Shown here: in pieces, positions 1-9,004 of the stretch
Layout: each line of letters opens with the position of its first letter
Position numbering within the stretch: the stretch's first letter is position 1
Position numbers and translations under genes: made by a program
The notes under the pieces: model-generated
Databases searched by the model: none
What the model saw: the letters and a program-made list of their open reading frames with translations, nothing else
What the model was told of the DNA's origin: nothing
Origin: a candidate division WOR-3 bacterium
GTDB lineage: Bacteria; Hydrothermota; 32-111
Length of the DNA: 64,000 nucleotides
NCBI GenBank assembly: GCA_039804105.1
Contig: JBDRZU010000001.1
Location: forward strand, 736,001 to 800,000
Direction: 5' to 3'

Positions 1-366
1 AAGAACAGCATCAAATGATGGTAACCTTTTGAGTATATCATCGAATTCCATCCTTCTTTTTTCTATCTGATCCATCAAGGATGATGTATTCGACTGTGTA
101 ATTGATACTTCATCTGTTGTTTCCCCATTTCTATACATAACAGTCCCAATCTTCTCAATAGAAAGGTTGTACAATGCCTCTTCGCCTGTAAAAGAGTTGT
201 AAACAGCATGCTTTGGTAAACCTTTTTCAAAAAATATTTTTCCCTCTTTATTATCAATCTGAAAAATCAAAACACCTGTTCTCTCCCTCGATGATATCAA
301 ACTTATAAATTCAACTGGACTGAAGATTTCAAGATTCGCTTTTAAATCTACCTTTTCTTTATCCAT
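1..366 (-). CDS. DUF4388 (PATAN-like) domain protein, 3'-truncated by window edge
   Basis: Not in the ORF track; translated manually from ATG at 366: MDKEKVDLKANLEIFSPVEFISLISSRERTGVLIFQIDNKEGKIFFEKGLPKHA...GEEALYNL, open to base 1; pattern matches the DUF4388 N-terminus; overlaps the stop of the upstream ligase gene. Confidence 0.8.
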   Translation of the reverse strand, partial: MDKEKVDLKANLEIFSPVEFISLISSRERTGVLIFQIDNKEGKIFFEKGLPKHAVYNSFTGEEALYNLSIEKIGTVMYRNGETTDEVSITQSNTSSLMDQIEKRRMEFDDILKRLPSFDAVL

Positions 367-1094
367 TCCTCATCCTTATATTTTTGAATTAAATTCTGCA
401 ACTTTTCATCTTCAAAATCTAATTCAACTTCTTCCCATTCAAAATCTAACTCCCTAAAAAAAATTTTATAAAACACAGAAGATATATTTTCGATATTATA
501 AGTTAAACCTGTTAAATTTTCAATATTGTTTGAAAAATTTTTTCCATAAATTTTTTCCTGCGGAACAATACTCTCTTTTACAAGAATCGTTCCCTGTTGT
601 AAAAAATTTGTTTCTGAGAATGTTTGTGCACTTCCAACAATCTTTTCTCCTTTGTAACTGATCTCATAAACCGATTGAGATCCAAAACAGTTTGCGATAA
701 AGTTTTCCTTTTTTTCTCCCTGTGTTAGTTTCGCATCTATTTTTAACTCTTTAAAACCTTTGATAAAAATTTCTGCTATCCTTTTATACCTGTCTAAAAG
801 TCCATAATTTTTTCCAAAATGTTCAATGTTTCCAACAAAGGAATATGTCAGATCACCACTATGAAGAACTGCCCTTCCACCCGTTATCCTTCGTGTGATA
901 TCAATCTTTTCCTTTATAACATAATCATAATCGATACCAACATTGTACCTCTGATTGTATCCTATCGTTATTGAAGGTTTTGAAAATGAATAGAATCTAA
1001 AAAATATTGTATCAATATTTTTATAAGCCCATTCATCTATAGCCATATTTGTATAAACATCAAAAGCAGAGTAATTCAAAAAATAACCTTTCAT
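348..1094 (-). CDS. Lipoate-protein ligase A family / LipM-like octanoyltransferase (catalytic domain only)
   Basis: NMAIDE, RRITGGRAVLH, CF, KIVGSAQ motifs of the BPL/LPL family. Confidence 0.9.
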   Translation of the reverse strand: MKGYFLNYSAFDVYTNMAIDEWAYKNIDTIFFRFYSFSKPSITIGYNQRYNVGIDYDYVIKEKIDITRRITGGRAVLHSGDLTYSFVGNIEHFGKNYGLLDRYKRIAEIFIKGFKELKIDAKLTQGEKKENFIANCFGSQSVYEISYKGEKIVGSAQTFSETNFLQQGTILVKESIVPQEKIYGKNFSNNIENLTGLTYNIENISSVFYKIFFRELDFEWEEVELDFEDEKLQNLIQKYKDEEWIKKR

Positions 1095-1708
1095 TTTAAA
1101 ATTTTAAGCCAATCAGATAAAAGGAAATAGATTCTTCCAATAAGAAGTGAAATACGTGCCATCACAGTATAACCAAAAGATGCACCGAATGCAACCATGA
1201 TAAAGGTTATTCCTATTTTTGATCCCCATTTTAAAACACCTTTCTGTTCTTTTGAAAAATAGAAATAGATGAGTGTTGTTAAAACTCCAAAAATTATCAA
1301 AAAATTGTTAAAAGTTTCGAAATTGAAACCTGTTATCGTAACAAGTGTTGCTTGAACCTGTGGAAGTATAAATCCCTGTATCGCACCTGTAACACCAAGT
1401 CCAGCTCCAATACCAACTGTAAAAGCGATAGACCATCTTGAAAGCCAAGCAATATTAGGGAACCATCTAGTTAACATGATTATTCCAAAAAATGCAGGAA
1501 TCAACAGAATAAACTCTTTGTTTTTTATCATCGGATCAAGAAGCATTGGTTGTATAACATAAGCCCAAGTATAGATAAGCCAATATCCAGCTGTTATCCC
1601 AACATAGAGATGCTCTGCAAATTTATAGAAAGGGTTATCCTTATACAGAAAAGAATATATAAAAAGGGTCAAACCAGCAGCTATCCATATTCCAATGGTC
1701 GTTCCCAT
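1091..1708 (-). CDS. Uncharacterised polytopic membrane protein (module subunit D, copy 2)
   Basis: About 6 hydrophobic segments; YSFLYKDNPFYKFAE and FGYTVMARISLLIGRI shared with 4502..5107. Confidence 0.8.
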   Translation of the reverse strand: MGTTIGIWIAAGLTLFIYSFLYKDNPFYKFAEHLYVGITAGYWLIYTWAYVIQPMLLDPMIKNKEFILLIPAFFGIIMLTRWFPNIAWLSRWSIAFTVGIGAGLGVTGAIQGFILPQVQATLVTITGFNFETFNNFLIIFGVLTTLIYFYFSKEQKGVLKWGSKIGITFIMVAFGASFGYTVMARISLLIGRIYFLLSDWLKILK

Positions 1709-2544
1709 TATTTTCCTCCTTCTTTACTTTTTGTTCTCTTCTCTATGAAATACGCTATATTTCCTAAAATGATGAAAAGTATTATAACAAGATGAGAATA
1801 TGATTGCGATGCCATTCCAGCAACAGCAATATCAGGTTTACCAACAAGCACTTCATATTCAGCAGCTCCCTTCATTCCACCGACAAGTCCAACGATCTGG
1901 CCTGACTGATAGAAATAGTAAGCATCTGGAGCAGAAACAGCATTTAAAGCGAGTGCTATTTTCTGTTTGAATCTTCCTCCAGCATATTCGATCCAGACAA
2001 GATATGTTGCTCCTGCCTCAAGACCAACAAGAAGTGCTATATCGTTATAGTTATGCACATTCTTCATCATCGGGAAAGAATCGAGTGGAACATTTCGATA
2101 ATCAACTTTGAAATAATCTCTTATTTCCTTTCCAATTCCAACAATCTGTGCAACATATCCGGGTCTATAACCAAGGTTAATATAATCGACTCCATAAACA
2201 GCACCCATCTCCTTAGCAATCTTTTCAAGACCCATAGTTCCAAGGGGTGCTCCCAACTGCCATTGGACTATTAGTATAGGTTTCAGTTTATTTCTAAAAA
2301 GTTGTCTTAAAAGTGCTTCTAAAAATGGTTGTTGTTCAGGCATCGATGCTGCATCATAATCAATAGATATCATCACATTGCTACCTTCTGGTAAATTTTC
2401 GATATAATCATAAACATCCTTAACAGGTTTTGATGGAACAACTGGAAATTTTGGTTTCAAAAGTAAAGGAAGAATAACAACAATTGCAATGAATATATAT
2501 ATGAATCTTCTATCGACCTTTAAAAGTTTTAAAAAGATATTCAT
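1708..2544 (-). CDS. Uncharacterised two-TM protein with central soluble domain (subunit C, copy 2)
   Basis: N- and C-terminal TM helices; GLVGGMKGAAEYE shared with 5107..5973. Confidence 0.8.
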   Translation of the reverse strand: MNIFLKLLKVDRRFIYIFIAIVVILPLLLKPKFPVVPSKPVKDVYDYIENLPEGSNVMISIDYDAASMPEQQPFLEALLRQLFRNKLKPILIVQWQLGAPLGTMGLEKIAKEMGAVYGVDYINLGYRPGYVAQIVGIGKEIRDYFKVDYRNVPLDSFPMMKNVHNYNDIALLVGLEAGATYLVWIEYAGGRFKQKIALALNAVSAPDAYYFYQSGQIVGLVGGMKGAAEYEVLVGKPDIAVAGMASQSYSHLVIILFIILGNIAYFIEKRTKSKEGGK

Positions 2545-2553
2545 AATGACTCC

Positions 2554-3192
2554 TTATGAAAGATAACTTCTTTCAATACCTAAAATTATTCTTATTGAAA
2601 CACCCAAAGCACCGAGAGAAATTCCAAGTCCAATTCCTCTTTTTGCAGCCATCTGCGGAACCTGCATGATCCATTCCGTGAACTTTGGAAGATAAGGTGA
2701 AATCTGTTCTCCCAGAGGAACTCTTCCAAGCATAACTATTATCGCTGTTATCAGAAGAAGTGTAGCATCAAAATTTCTCGCTCTAAAAGCTCTATATGCA
2801 GCTGATGCTATAAAGAATGCAAGAAGAGAAAACATAGTTGCCTGAAGTGGAACTATAAAATAGTTGTATATGTATGTAAAATATGACTTATCATCAAACG
2901 CTGTTCCAAACCTGACAGTTTCAACTATTCCAACAACAACTGTAGCAACAAAACCAAAAATCAACACAAGAGAAAAAAACCAGTTCTCATCTTTTCTTTT
3001 GACTTTTCTAAAATGCATCCCTATCAAAGAATCAACTCCAAGAAGCATTGTAAAACCTGCTATTATCGAATACCAGTTCAAAGAAATTTTTTCTATGTCA
3101 CCAAAAGGTTTATGTGGAATAAAAAAAGAAACTATCATAATCATACCAACAAGAAAGGTTATAAAAATCGGTATACCTTTTCCTTTTAACAT
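2554..3192 (-). CDS. Uncharacterised polytopic membrane protein (subunit B, copy 2)
   Basis: FSLLAFFIASAAYRAFRARNFDATLLL...LGRVPLGE shared with 5970..6647. Confidence 0.8.
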   Translation of the reverse strand: MLKGKGIPIFITFLVGMIMIVSFFIPHKPFGDIEKISLNWYSIIAGFTMLLGVDSLIGMHFRKVKRKDENWFFSLVLIFGFVATVVVGIVETVRFGTAFDDKSYFTYIYNYFIVPLQATMFSLLAFFIASAAYRAFRARNFDATLLLITAIIVMLGRVPLGEQISPYLPKFTEWIMQVPQMAAKRGIGLGISLGALGVSIRIILGIERSYLS

Positions 3193-3203
3193 TTATCCTC
3201 CTA

Positions 3204-4493
3204 CTAAACCTGTAACAAGTTTATCAACCAATCGAATAGATTTTTTATTATTTCAATCCTCAACCCATATCCTAAAACTGAAAAAACAAAACCTATTATG
3301 ATCAAAAACATTATAAAAACTTTTAAAAGATCTTCTGCTGCTATTGAACCAAGCATCATCGGCTCTTTCTGCAAATAAACTGATGCAGCCATCATCTCTT
3401 CACCTATAAGAGTGTAATCACAAGCTGCTACAAAGAATGGTAACTGTGCTGTTTCAGTTGTTCCAGATATCTGAATCGCTCCTATCGAATGCCCGGTTTC
3501 AGCAAGGATCAAAGATTCCGCAAAGAAAAGACCCTGTAAAAATACAGCACCAGGTTTTTCTCTCATCATCATACCATCAACTCCTGCAGCGTATCCAAAT
3601 TGATCCTGAGTTATATACATTATATCGTTTTTATTGTATAGATCTGGTCTCCCAGCCTCAGTAAATGCCTCCTTCACAACTTCCTGTGCTGTTGTCATAA
3701 CAACTGGATCATATGATGGAACAAGAATCCTCGTTTCATAATCAGCAACCTTTTTCGCTACTCTTCCAAGTATCGTTAGACCTGCTATAGTGGGTATATC
3801 TGTGACATATCCTATTCCAAGAATATACATTATAGGTTTTCCCATTTCAGTACTTCTTCCAACTGCCTCTTCAACAGCATCAAGTCCGTTTATTTTTCTT
3901 ATATAAAGATCTTTTCCACTCTTTGCAAGATTCAAATAGTATAAGAAAACAAAAGCGATTATGATCAAAGAAACCAGAACAGGTATCCTAGAAAGGTTAA
4001 ACCATGATGATTTTGAAAATATTGCTTCTGTTTCTCCTGTTATGTAAAAAGTATCGTTTCCAAAAATATATACACCATTTTTCGAATATTCTGATCCGTT
4101 TGAAATCAATTTGTTTAAAAACTCTTCGTTGATCATATTTTTACTTAAAATTCCTGTATAGTAATAATTTGTATTATCTTTTACCCTTGAAGGTTCCTCT
4201 TCAGAACTCACATCTCTCACCTGCATTGAAGATACAAGAAGATCAGTTGCAACAACAATAACATTGTTTGAATCATCCCTTCTTAAAACTGTCAAAAACC
4301 AGTTTCCCAAAGTATCGGGGAAACACCAGTTGATCTGGATTCCTCCACCACCATCGTTTGGTATATCGTTCCCTGTAAGTTTAAAATCCAAAAAAGGGTT
4401 TTGATTTTCTAAAAAGATTAAACTATCACTTTCCTGAGAAAAGAGTAAAATTGAAAAAACTAAAAAAATCAAAAGAAGGGTTTTTTTTAACAC
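3204..4493 (-). CDS. DUF6754-like protein with signal peptide and extracytoplasmic N-terminal domain (subunit A, copy 2)
   Basis: Signal peptide, FN3-like region, TM, then IRKINGLDAVEEAVGRSTEMGKP...QLPFFVAACDYTLIGEE, C-terminal TM; GTG start with GGAGGAGAG SD. Confidence 0.75.
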   Translation of the reverse strand: MLKKTLLLIFLVFSILLFSQESDSLIFLENQNPFLDFKLTGNDIPNDGGGGIQINWCFPDTLGNWFLTVLRRDDSNNVIVVATDLLVSSMQVRDVSSEEEPSRVKDNTNYYYTGILSKNMINEEFLNKLISNGSEYSKNGVYIFGNDTFYITGETEAIFSKSSWFNLSRIPVLVSLIIIAFVFLYYLNLAKSGKDLYIRKINGLDAVEEAVGRSTEMGKPIMYILGIGYVTDIPTIAGLTILGRVAKKVADYETRILVPSYDPVVMTTAQEVVKEAFTEAGRPDLYNKNDIMYITQDQFGYAAGVDGMMMREKPGAVFLQGLFFAESLILAETGHSIGAIQISGTTETAQLPFFVAACDYTLIGEEMMAASVYLQKEPMMLGSIAAEDLLKVFIMFLIIIGFVFSVLGYGLRIEIIKNLFDWLINLLQV

Positions 4494-4501
4494 CTCTCCT
4501 C

Positions 4502-5107
4502 CTATTTAATAATTCCAAGCCAATCGGACAGAAGAAACTGTATTCTACCGATGAAAAGGGAAACTCTCGCCATAATAGTGTATCCGAACGCTGCACCAAA
4601 TGCAACCATTATGAATGTGATTCCAGCTTTCGAAACCTTTCCAATAAAACCTTTATGTTCGAGTGAAAAGAAAAAATAAACAAGAGTTGAAATAACTCCA
4701 ACAACTATGATCAAACTTCCAATATCAAGTTTTAATGGCATTGTGGCATAAATCTGTTTAAAAAGAAATTCAAAAGAGGATGGAACGGAAAGCCCTGTTC
4801 CAGCACCAACAACAAAAGCTATTGGTATTCTTGAAAGATATGCAACATTTTTGAAAAATCTTGAAAACATCAAAAGACCTAAAACAAGTGGTATCAGAAC
4901 AAGAAAATTTTTATCATAAACAAGTGGATTGAAAACTTTTGTGATTATCGTGTTATGCCAGTAAACCGATATTCCATAACCTATAGAGATTCCAACAAGA
5001 AGGTATTCTGCAAACTTATAGAAAGGATTATCTTTATATAAAAATGAATAGATTGCAAGAGTGAGTAATGCAGCTATCCATACCCAGAAATTCGTTGATA
5101 TAGCCAT
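4502..5107 (-). CDS. Uncharacterised polytopic membrane protein (subunit D, copy 1)
   Basis: Paralog of 1091..1708. Confidence 0.8.
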   Translation of the reverse strand: MAISTNFWVWIAALLTLAIYSFLYKDNPFYKFAEYLLVGISIGYGISVYWHNTIITKVFNPLVYDKNFLVLIPLVLGLLMFSRFFKNVAYLSRIPIAFVVGAGTGLSVPSSFEFLFKQIYATMPLKLDIGSLIIVVGVISTLVYFFFSLEHKGFIGKVSKAGITFIMVAFGAAFGYTIMARVSLFIGRIQFLLSDWLGIIK

Positions 5108-5973
5108 TATTTACCCTCCTTTTTTTTCTTAACAAAATATGCTATGTTACCAAGGATTATTAAAATTATAAAGAATATATGTGCTGAGGATTGAGCATCC
5201 ATTCCTATTGAAGCATCCTTTCTGCCACCATAAACATTCTTCTTATCAAGTAAATGTTCATACTCAGCAGCACCTTTAAGACCACCAAGCATTCCTATCG
5301 CCTGTTTTGATTGAAGATACGAATAATATTCTGCTGCTGAAACTGCTGTTGTTCCTATTCCCATCTTTAAACCATATCTACCGTTGGCATATATAAGCCA
5401 TGTTAAAACAACAGAACTTCCAGCGAGCTCAACCATAAGATTTATATCGTTATAATTTTTTATTCCATTCATTATTTCAAGTTCTGAAAGTTTATTCCCA
5501 TAGCCATCCTCATTGAATGTTTCTATTATATCTTCACCCATTTTCAAAACGACAGCACTTACTCCTGGAACATAAGCAAGAAGTGTAATATCCTTTCCAA
5601 GTTCTTTTGGATTATCAGGATTACTCTTGTTCCACTCTCTTAAAACATTATCTATAGCATCCTGAGCCATTCCAGCACCTTGTGGATAAAGTGTCACAAA
5701 AAGCACCCTTAAATTGTTTGATAGTGCATGTGCTGCAATTACTTTTGCCATCGGATGTAATTCAGCCATAGTTGAAGGATCATAATCAGCACCAATAAGA
5801 ACGACTCCACCTTCTGGAATCGAATCCTCTATGAAATCATAAATCGATTTTACCGGAGGTGTTGTTTTCATTGGAAATCCAACGGGGAATATGAAAGGAA
5901 TGATTATACACAAAGCGAGTACAAGATAGATCCATCTTTTATCAAGATTGTTGATAAAGTTGATAAATTTCAT
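5107..5973 (-). CDS. Uncharacterised two-TM protein with central soluble domain (subunit C, copy 1)
   Basis: Start corrected to MKFINF (ATGA overlap with upstream stop, GGAGGTGG SD); paralog of 1708..2544. Confidence 0.8.
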   Translation of the reverse strand: MKFINFINNLDKRWIYLVLALCIIIPFIFPVGFPMKTTPPVKSIYDFIEDSIPEGGVVLIGADYDPSTMAELHPMAKVIAAHALSNNLRVLFVTLYPQGAGMAQDAIDNVLREWNKSNPDNPKELGKDITLLAYVPGVSAVVLKMGEDIIETFNEDGYGNKLSELEIMNGIKNYNDINLMVELAGSSVVLTWLIYANGRYGLKMGIGTTAVSAAEYYSYLQSKQAIGMLGGLKGAAEYEHLLDKKNVYGGRKDASIGMDAQSSAHIFFIILIILGNIAYFVKKKKEGK

Positions 5974-6647
5974 TTTCCACCTCCGAGATATTTCCTTTCG
6001 ATTCCAAGGATTATCTTGATAGAGGTCGCTATGATTCCAAGTTGGACGCCTATGAGTATTCCCCTCTGTGCTGCCATATTTGGATATTTCAAGATCCATT
6101 CAACAACATCTGGAAGTCCTTTATAAATAAATTCTCCAAGTGGTACTCTACCGAGTGTAACTATTCCAGCTGTTACAAGAAGCAAAGTTGCATCAAAACT
6201 TCTCGCTCTAAACGATCTGAAGGCTGCTGATGCCATGTAGAAAGCAAGAAGTGAAAAAATCGTTGATTGCATCGGCATCTGCATATATAGATATGTATAC
6301 ATCAAAGGTGTTGTATCGGATGGTTTTACTGATGGAAAAATTTTCATCCAAAGAGTTGTTGGCATAAATGCACCACCAAATATTCCAAGTACCGCTGTAA
6401 CAAAAAGAGAGGAAAGCACTATTATCGAGTACTGCCAACCTTCAATTCTTCTTTTTATCTTTGTAATATGGAGTTCAACGGTTGATTGAACAGCAATTAA
6501 GTATGTGAATGCAGAAACAATTATCAACCAATCAAGCATCATGTTGTAAAAATTTTTCGATGCTGGATGTGGAACGAAAAATTGCAATATGAGCGCTATA
6601 CCAAATATCGCTGAAACTAAAAGTGGTAATGTTCTTCTTACAAACAT
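5970..6647 (-). CDS. Uncharacterised polytopic membrane protein (subunit B, copy 1)
   Basis: Paralog of 2554..3192. Confidence 0.8.
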   Translation of the reverse strand: MFVRRTLPLLVSAIFGIALILQFFVPHPASKNFYNMMLDWLIIVSAFTYLIAVQSTVELHITKIKRRIEGWQYSIIVLSSLFVTAVLGIFGGAFMPTTLWMKIFPSVKPSDTTPLMYTYLYMQMPMQSTIFSLLAFYMASAAFRSFRARSFDATLLLVTAGIVTLGRVPLGEFIYKGLPDVVEWILKYPNMAAQRGILIGVQLGIIATSIKIILGIERKYLGGGK

Positions 6648-6655
6648 ATAAACTC

Positions 6656-7861
6656 CTAACTTTTAAATATGAATCTTAACATTTCAAGAATCTTATCAAG
6701 AAAAACAAGATGCCCACCGGTTAACCATGAAATTATGAGAATGAAGAAATAAAGTGTGATCAAAATTATTATAAATCCTTTGAAATAATCTTGTGCTTTC
6801 AAAGTTCCAAGAAGAAGTGGCTCTCTAGAAAGGTAAGCACTTGCAGCGTAAAGTTCTTCTCCGATTATCGTGTAATCACATGAGGTAATAAAGAAAGGAA
6901 GTTGAGTAACAGCATCAGTACCTGCAATCTGAATAGCACCTGTTGTGTTTCCTGCTTCTGCCATGATAAGTGATTCTGCCCAAAACATTCCAAGTAAAAG
7001 GTTAGTTGCGGGTTTTTCTCTTGTCATTATACCAGAAACAGCGGCTGCGTATCCAAATTGGGAATCAGTTAAAAAGAAAATATCATTATCATTGTAAACA
7101 TCAGGTCTTCCCGCCTCTGAATAAGATTCCTTCACTACCTCTTTTGCAACAGTCATAACTATTGGGTCCCTGTTCGGAACGATCAGTTTTGTTTCATACT
7201 CTGCGATTTTTTTTGCAACTGGACCAAGGATGTTCAAAGAAGCGATCGTTGCTATATCTGACATTGTTGAAGACCCGGGAACATATAAAACGGGTCTTCC
7301 CATTTCGGTTGCTCTTCCAACCGCTTCATCGAGTGTGTCAAGTCCAGATATTTTTCTAACAAAAAGATCTTTTCCCTTTCTTACACTCTCAACAAGAAAA
7401 ACGATTATCGCCGTGTAAACTATTATCATCAAAAGTAATATGGTTTTTTCAGTTTTGAACAGGTTCGGTTTTGGAGATACTGAACCTGCGATCAAACATT
7501 TTTCAGATTCGTTACCTGAACTATCAGTTGTAGAAATATAGTATTCATATTTTTTCTGATATGATAACCCTTCATCAACTATCTTTACAGGAAAAGAGTT
7601 AAAGGTTTTTATGACTTTTAATGTCGTATCGTTTTCCTCTTTTCTGTAAAGTTTGAACATATAATTGTTACCTACAAGAATTTTCTGACAGGAAATTTCG
7701 AGTTTTGTTCCATCGTCGTCTCTCACATCCTTTATCGTGAACTCTTTTAAAATTGTTTGATCAACTTTCAAAACATTTTCATCTTTAACTGTTTCATTCT
7801 GAGAAAAAGATAACACAAACGATAGAAGTATTAAGATGAAAAATAAAGTTTTGTTTTTCAT
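6656..7861 (-). CDS. DUF6754-like protein with signal peptide and FN3-like ectodomain (subunit A, copy 1)
   Basis: VRKISGLDTLDEAVGRATEMGRP...QLPFFITSCDYTIIGEELYAASAYL; paralog of 3204..4493. Confidence 0.75.
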   Translation of the reverse strand: MKNKTLFFILILLSFVLSFSQNETVKDENVLKVDQTILKEFTIKDVRDDDGTKLEISCQKILVGNNYMFKLYRKEENDTTLKVIKTFNSFPVKIVDEGLSYQKKYEYYISTTDSSGNESEKCLIAGSVSPKPNLFKTEKTILLLMIIVYTAIIVFLVESVRKGKDLFVRKISGLDTLDEAVGRATEMGRPVLYVPGSSTMSDIATIASLNILGPVAKKIAEYETKLIVPNRDPIVMTVAKEVVKESYSEAGRPDVYNDNDIFFLTDSQFGYAAAVSGIMTREKPATNLLLGMFWAESLIMAEAGNTTGAIQIAGTDAVTQLPFFITSCDYTIIGEELYAASAYLSREPLLLGTLKAQDYFKGFIIILITLYFFILIISWLTGGHLVFLDKILEMLRFIFKS

Positions 7862-7871
7862 TTGACTCCTT

Positions 7872-8993
7872 TTATTCTTCGATTAATTCAACATTCGCTC
7901 TTGGAAGTATTATCCTTTTACCATCTTCGAATTCAAACTCAAGCACTCTAACATGTGCTTCGGTTTCGATTTTTTGTAACTGTGATGGAAGTCCAACTAC
8001 TCTTCCAATAGCACCAAAATATGGTTGCCTTATGATTCTTACTATAGAATTTATGTCCATTCCCATTTCAGCATGTTTTGATTCTTCAACAACGGTATCT
8101 ATATCATAGGTTACAATAACTTCAGGTCTCATAACACCAGCTCTTATCTGTGTTGCCCCATTTATTGAAGCTCTTTTTCCATCATTTTTTGAAAGTATTT
8201 CAAAAGTTTTCTTTGCCATCGTCATCTGACCAAAACCTTCTGTAACGATTACTGTGATTCCCTTCTCTTCTTGACCGGTTATTGCAACACCTATCTCTTC
8301 ACCAAGGAAATCTTTAAGATCCTTATCATCTATACCGCCAACGACTATTCCCAAAACACCTTTTTTTACACATTCATTCAAAACTTCACTCGTCACAAGA
8401 GAACCACCGATGACAATTTTTCCTTTGAGTTCATCTGTGATATCATTTTTTGTTAAAACATAGTCGGGTGATTTTGCAACAAGTTTCAACTCTCCCTTCA
8501 CTTCTCCACCGATTCCAAATATTCCCTGAATGAATGTAGCAGGTGTTTGAACAACTATTCCTTCATTCTCTATAACCTCTACAACTTTTCCGTTAACATA
8601 AGCATCTATTTCAACTTTTTTTGGTGGTTTCCTTAAAGTCAACATTCCTGTTATATCAGAATAGTTTTCAACTATTCCATCTATTGGTGAAGGAATAGAA
8701 GTTTTGAAAAGTCCAAAAAATCCTTTAGATTCTGCAATTATCTGATCTTTTTTTATATTTTCACCAACAGATACCTTTAAAAATGAAGATGCTTCTTTTG
8801 GTGGGACTCCAAGTTTTCCAGCAAGATTCAATCTTTCAACATCTCCAGGGAGTTCCGTTTTTGCAACTATATCATCTGCCTTTACTATATCTCCAACTTT
8901 TACAAGAACCTCTCCTTTTAAAGGTAATCTTCTTTCCTTTTTTACTATTGCTTTTTCAGTAACTTTTAAACCTGGTGTATATGAATGTGCCAT
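7872..8993 (-). CDS. Conserved hypothetical protein with biotinyl/lipoyl- or RnfC-like barrel-sandwich repeats and C-terminal KOW-like motif
   Basis: GEVLVKVGDIVKADDIVA and KVSVGENIKKDQIIAES...IPSPIDGIV; C-terminal VRIIRQPYFGAIGRVV. Confidence 0.7.
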   Translation of the reverse strand: MAHSYTPGLKVTEKAIVKKERRLPLKGEVLVKVGDIVKADDIVAKTELPGDVERLNLAGKLGVPPKEASSFLKVSVGENIKKDQIIAESKGFFGLFKTSIPSPIDGIVENYSDITGMLTLRKPPKKVEIDAYVNGKVVEVIENEGIVVQTPATFIQGIFGIGGEVKGELKLVAKSPDYVLTKNDITDELKGKIVIGGSLVTSEVLNECVKKGVLGIVVGGIDDKDLKDFLGEEIGVAITGQEEKGITVIVTEGFGQMTMAKKTFEILSKNDGKRASINGATQIRAGVMRPEVIVTYDIDTVVEESKHAEMGMDINSIVRIIRQPYFGAIGRVVGLPSQLQKIETEAHVRVLEFEFEDGKRIILPRANVELIEE

Positions 8994-9004
8994 AATTCCT
9001 CCAT

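Noticed and set aside
75..257. 60-aa minus-strand ORF in the track
   Set aside because: Shadow frame of the DUF4388 gene at 1..366
5974..6099. N-terminal extension of ORF 5107..6099; similar extensions on cdsA, rpsB, recR, nadC and frr
   Set aside because: They overlap upstream genes or leaders; downstream starts with SD or coupling fit better
1091..7861. Membrane module as Rnf/Nqr, Mrp/Mbh, ABC or TRAP subunits
   Set aside because: No Fe-S cysteine motifs, FMN-attachment S(T)GAT sites, EAA loops or Walker motifs recognised; left unassigned
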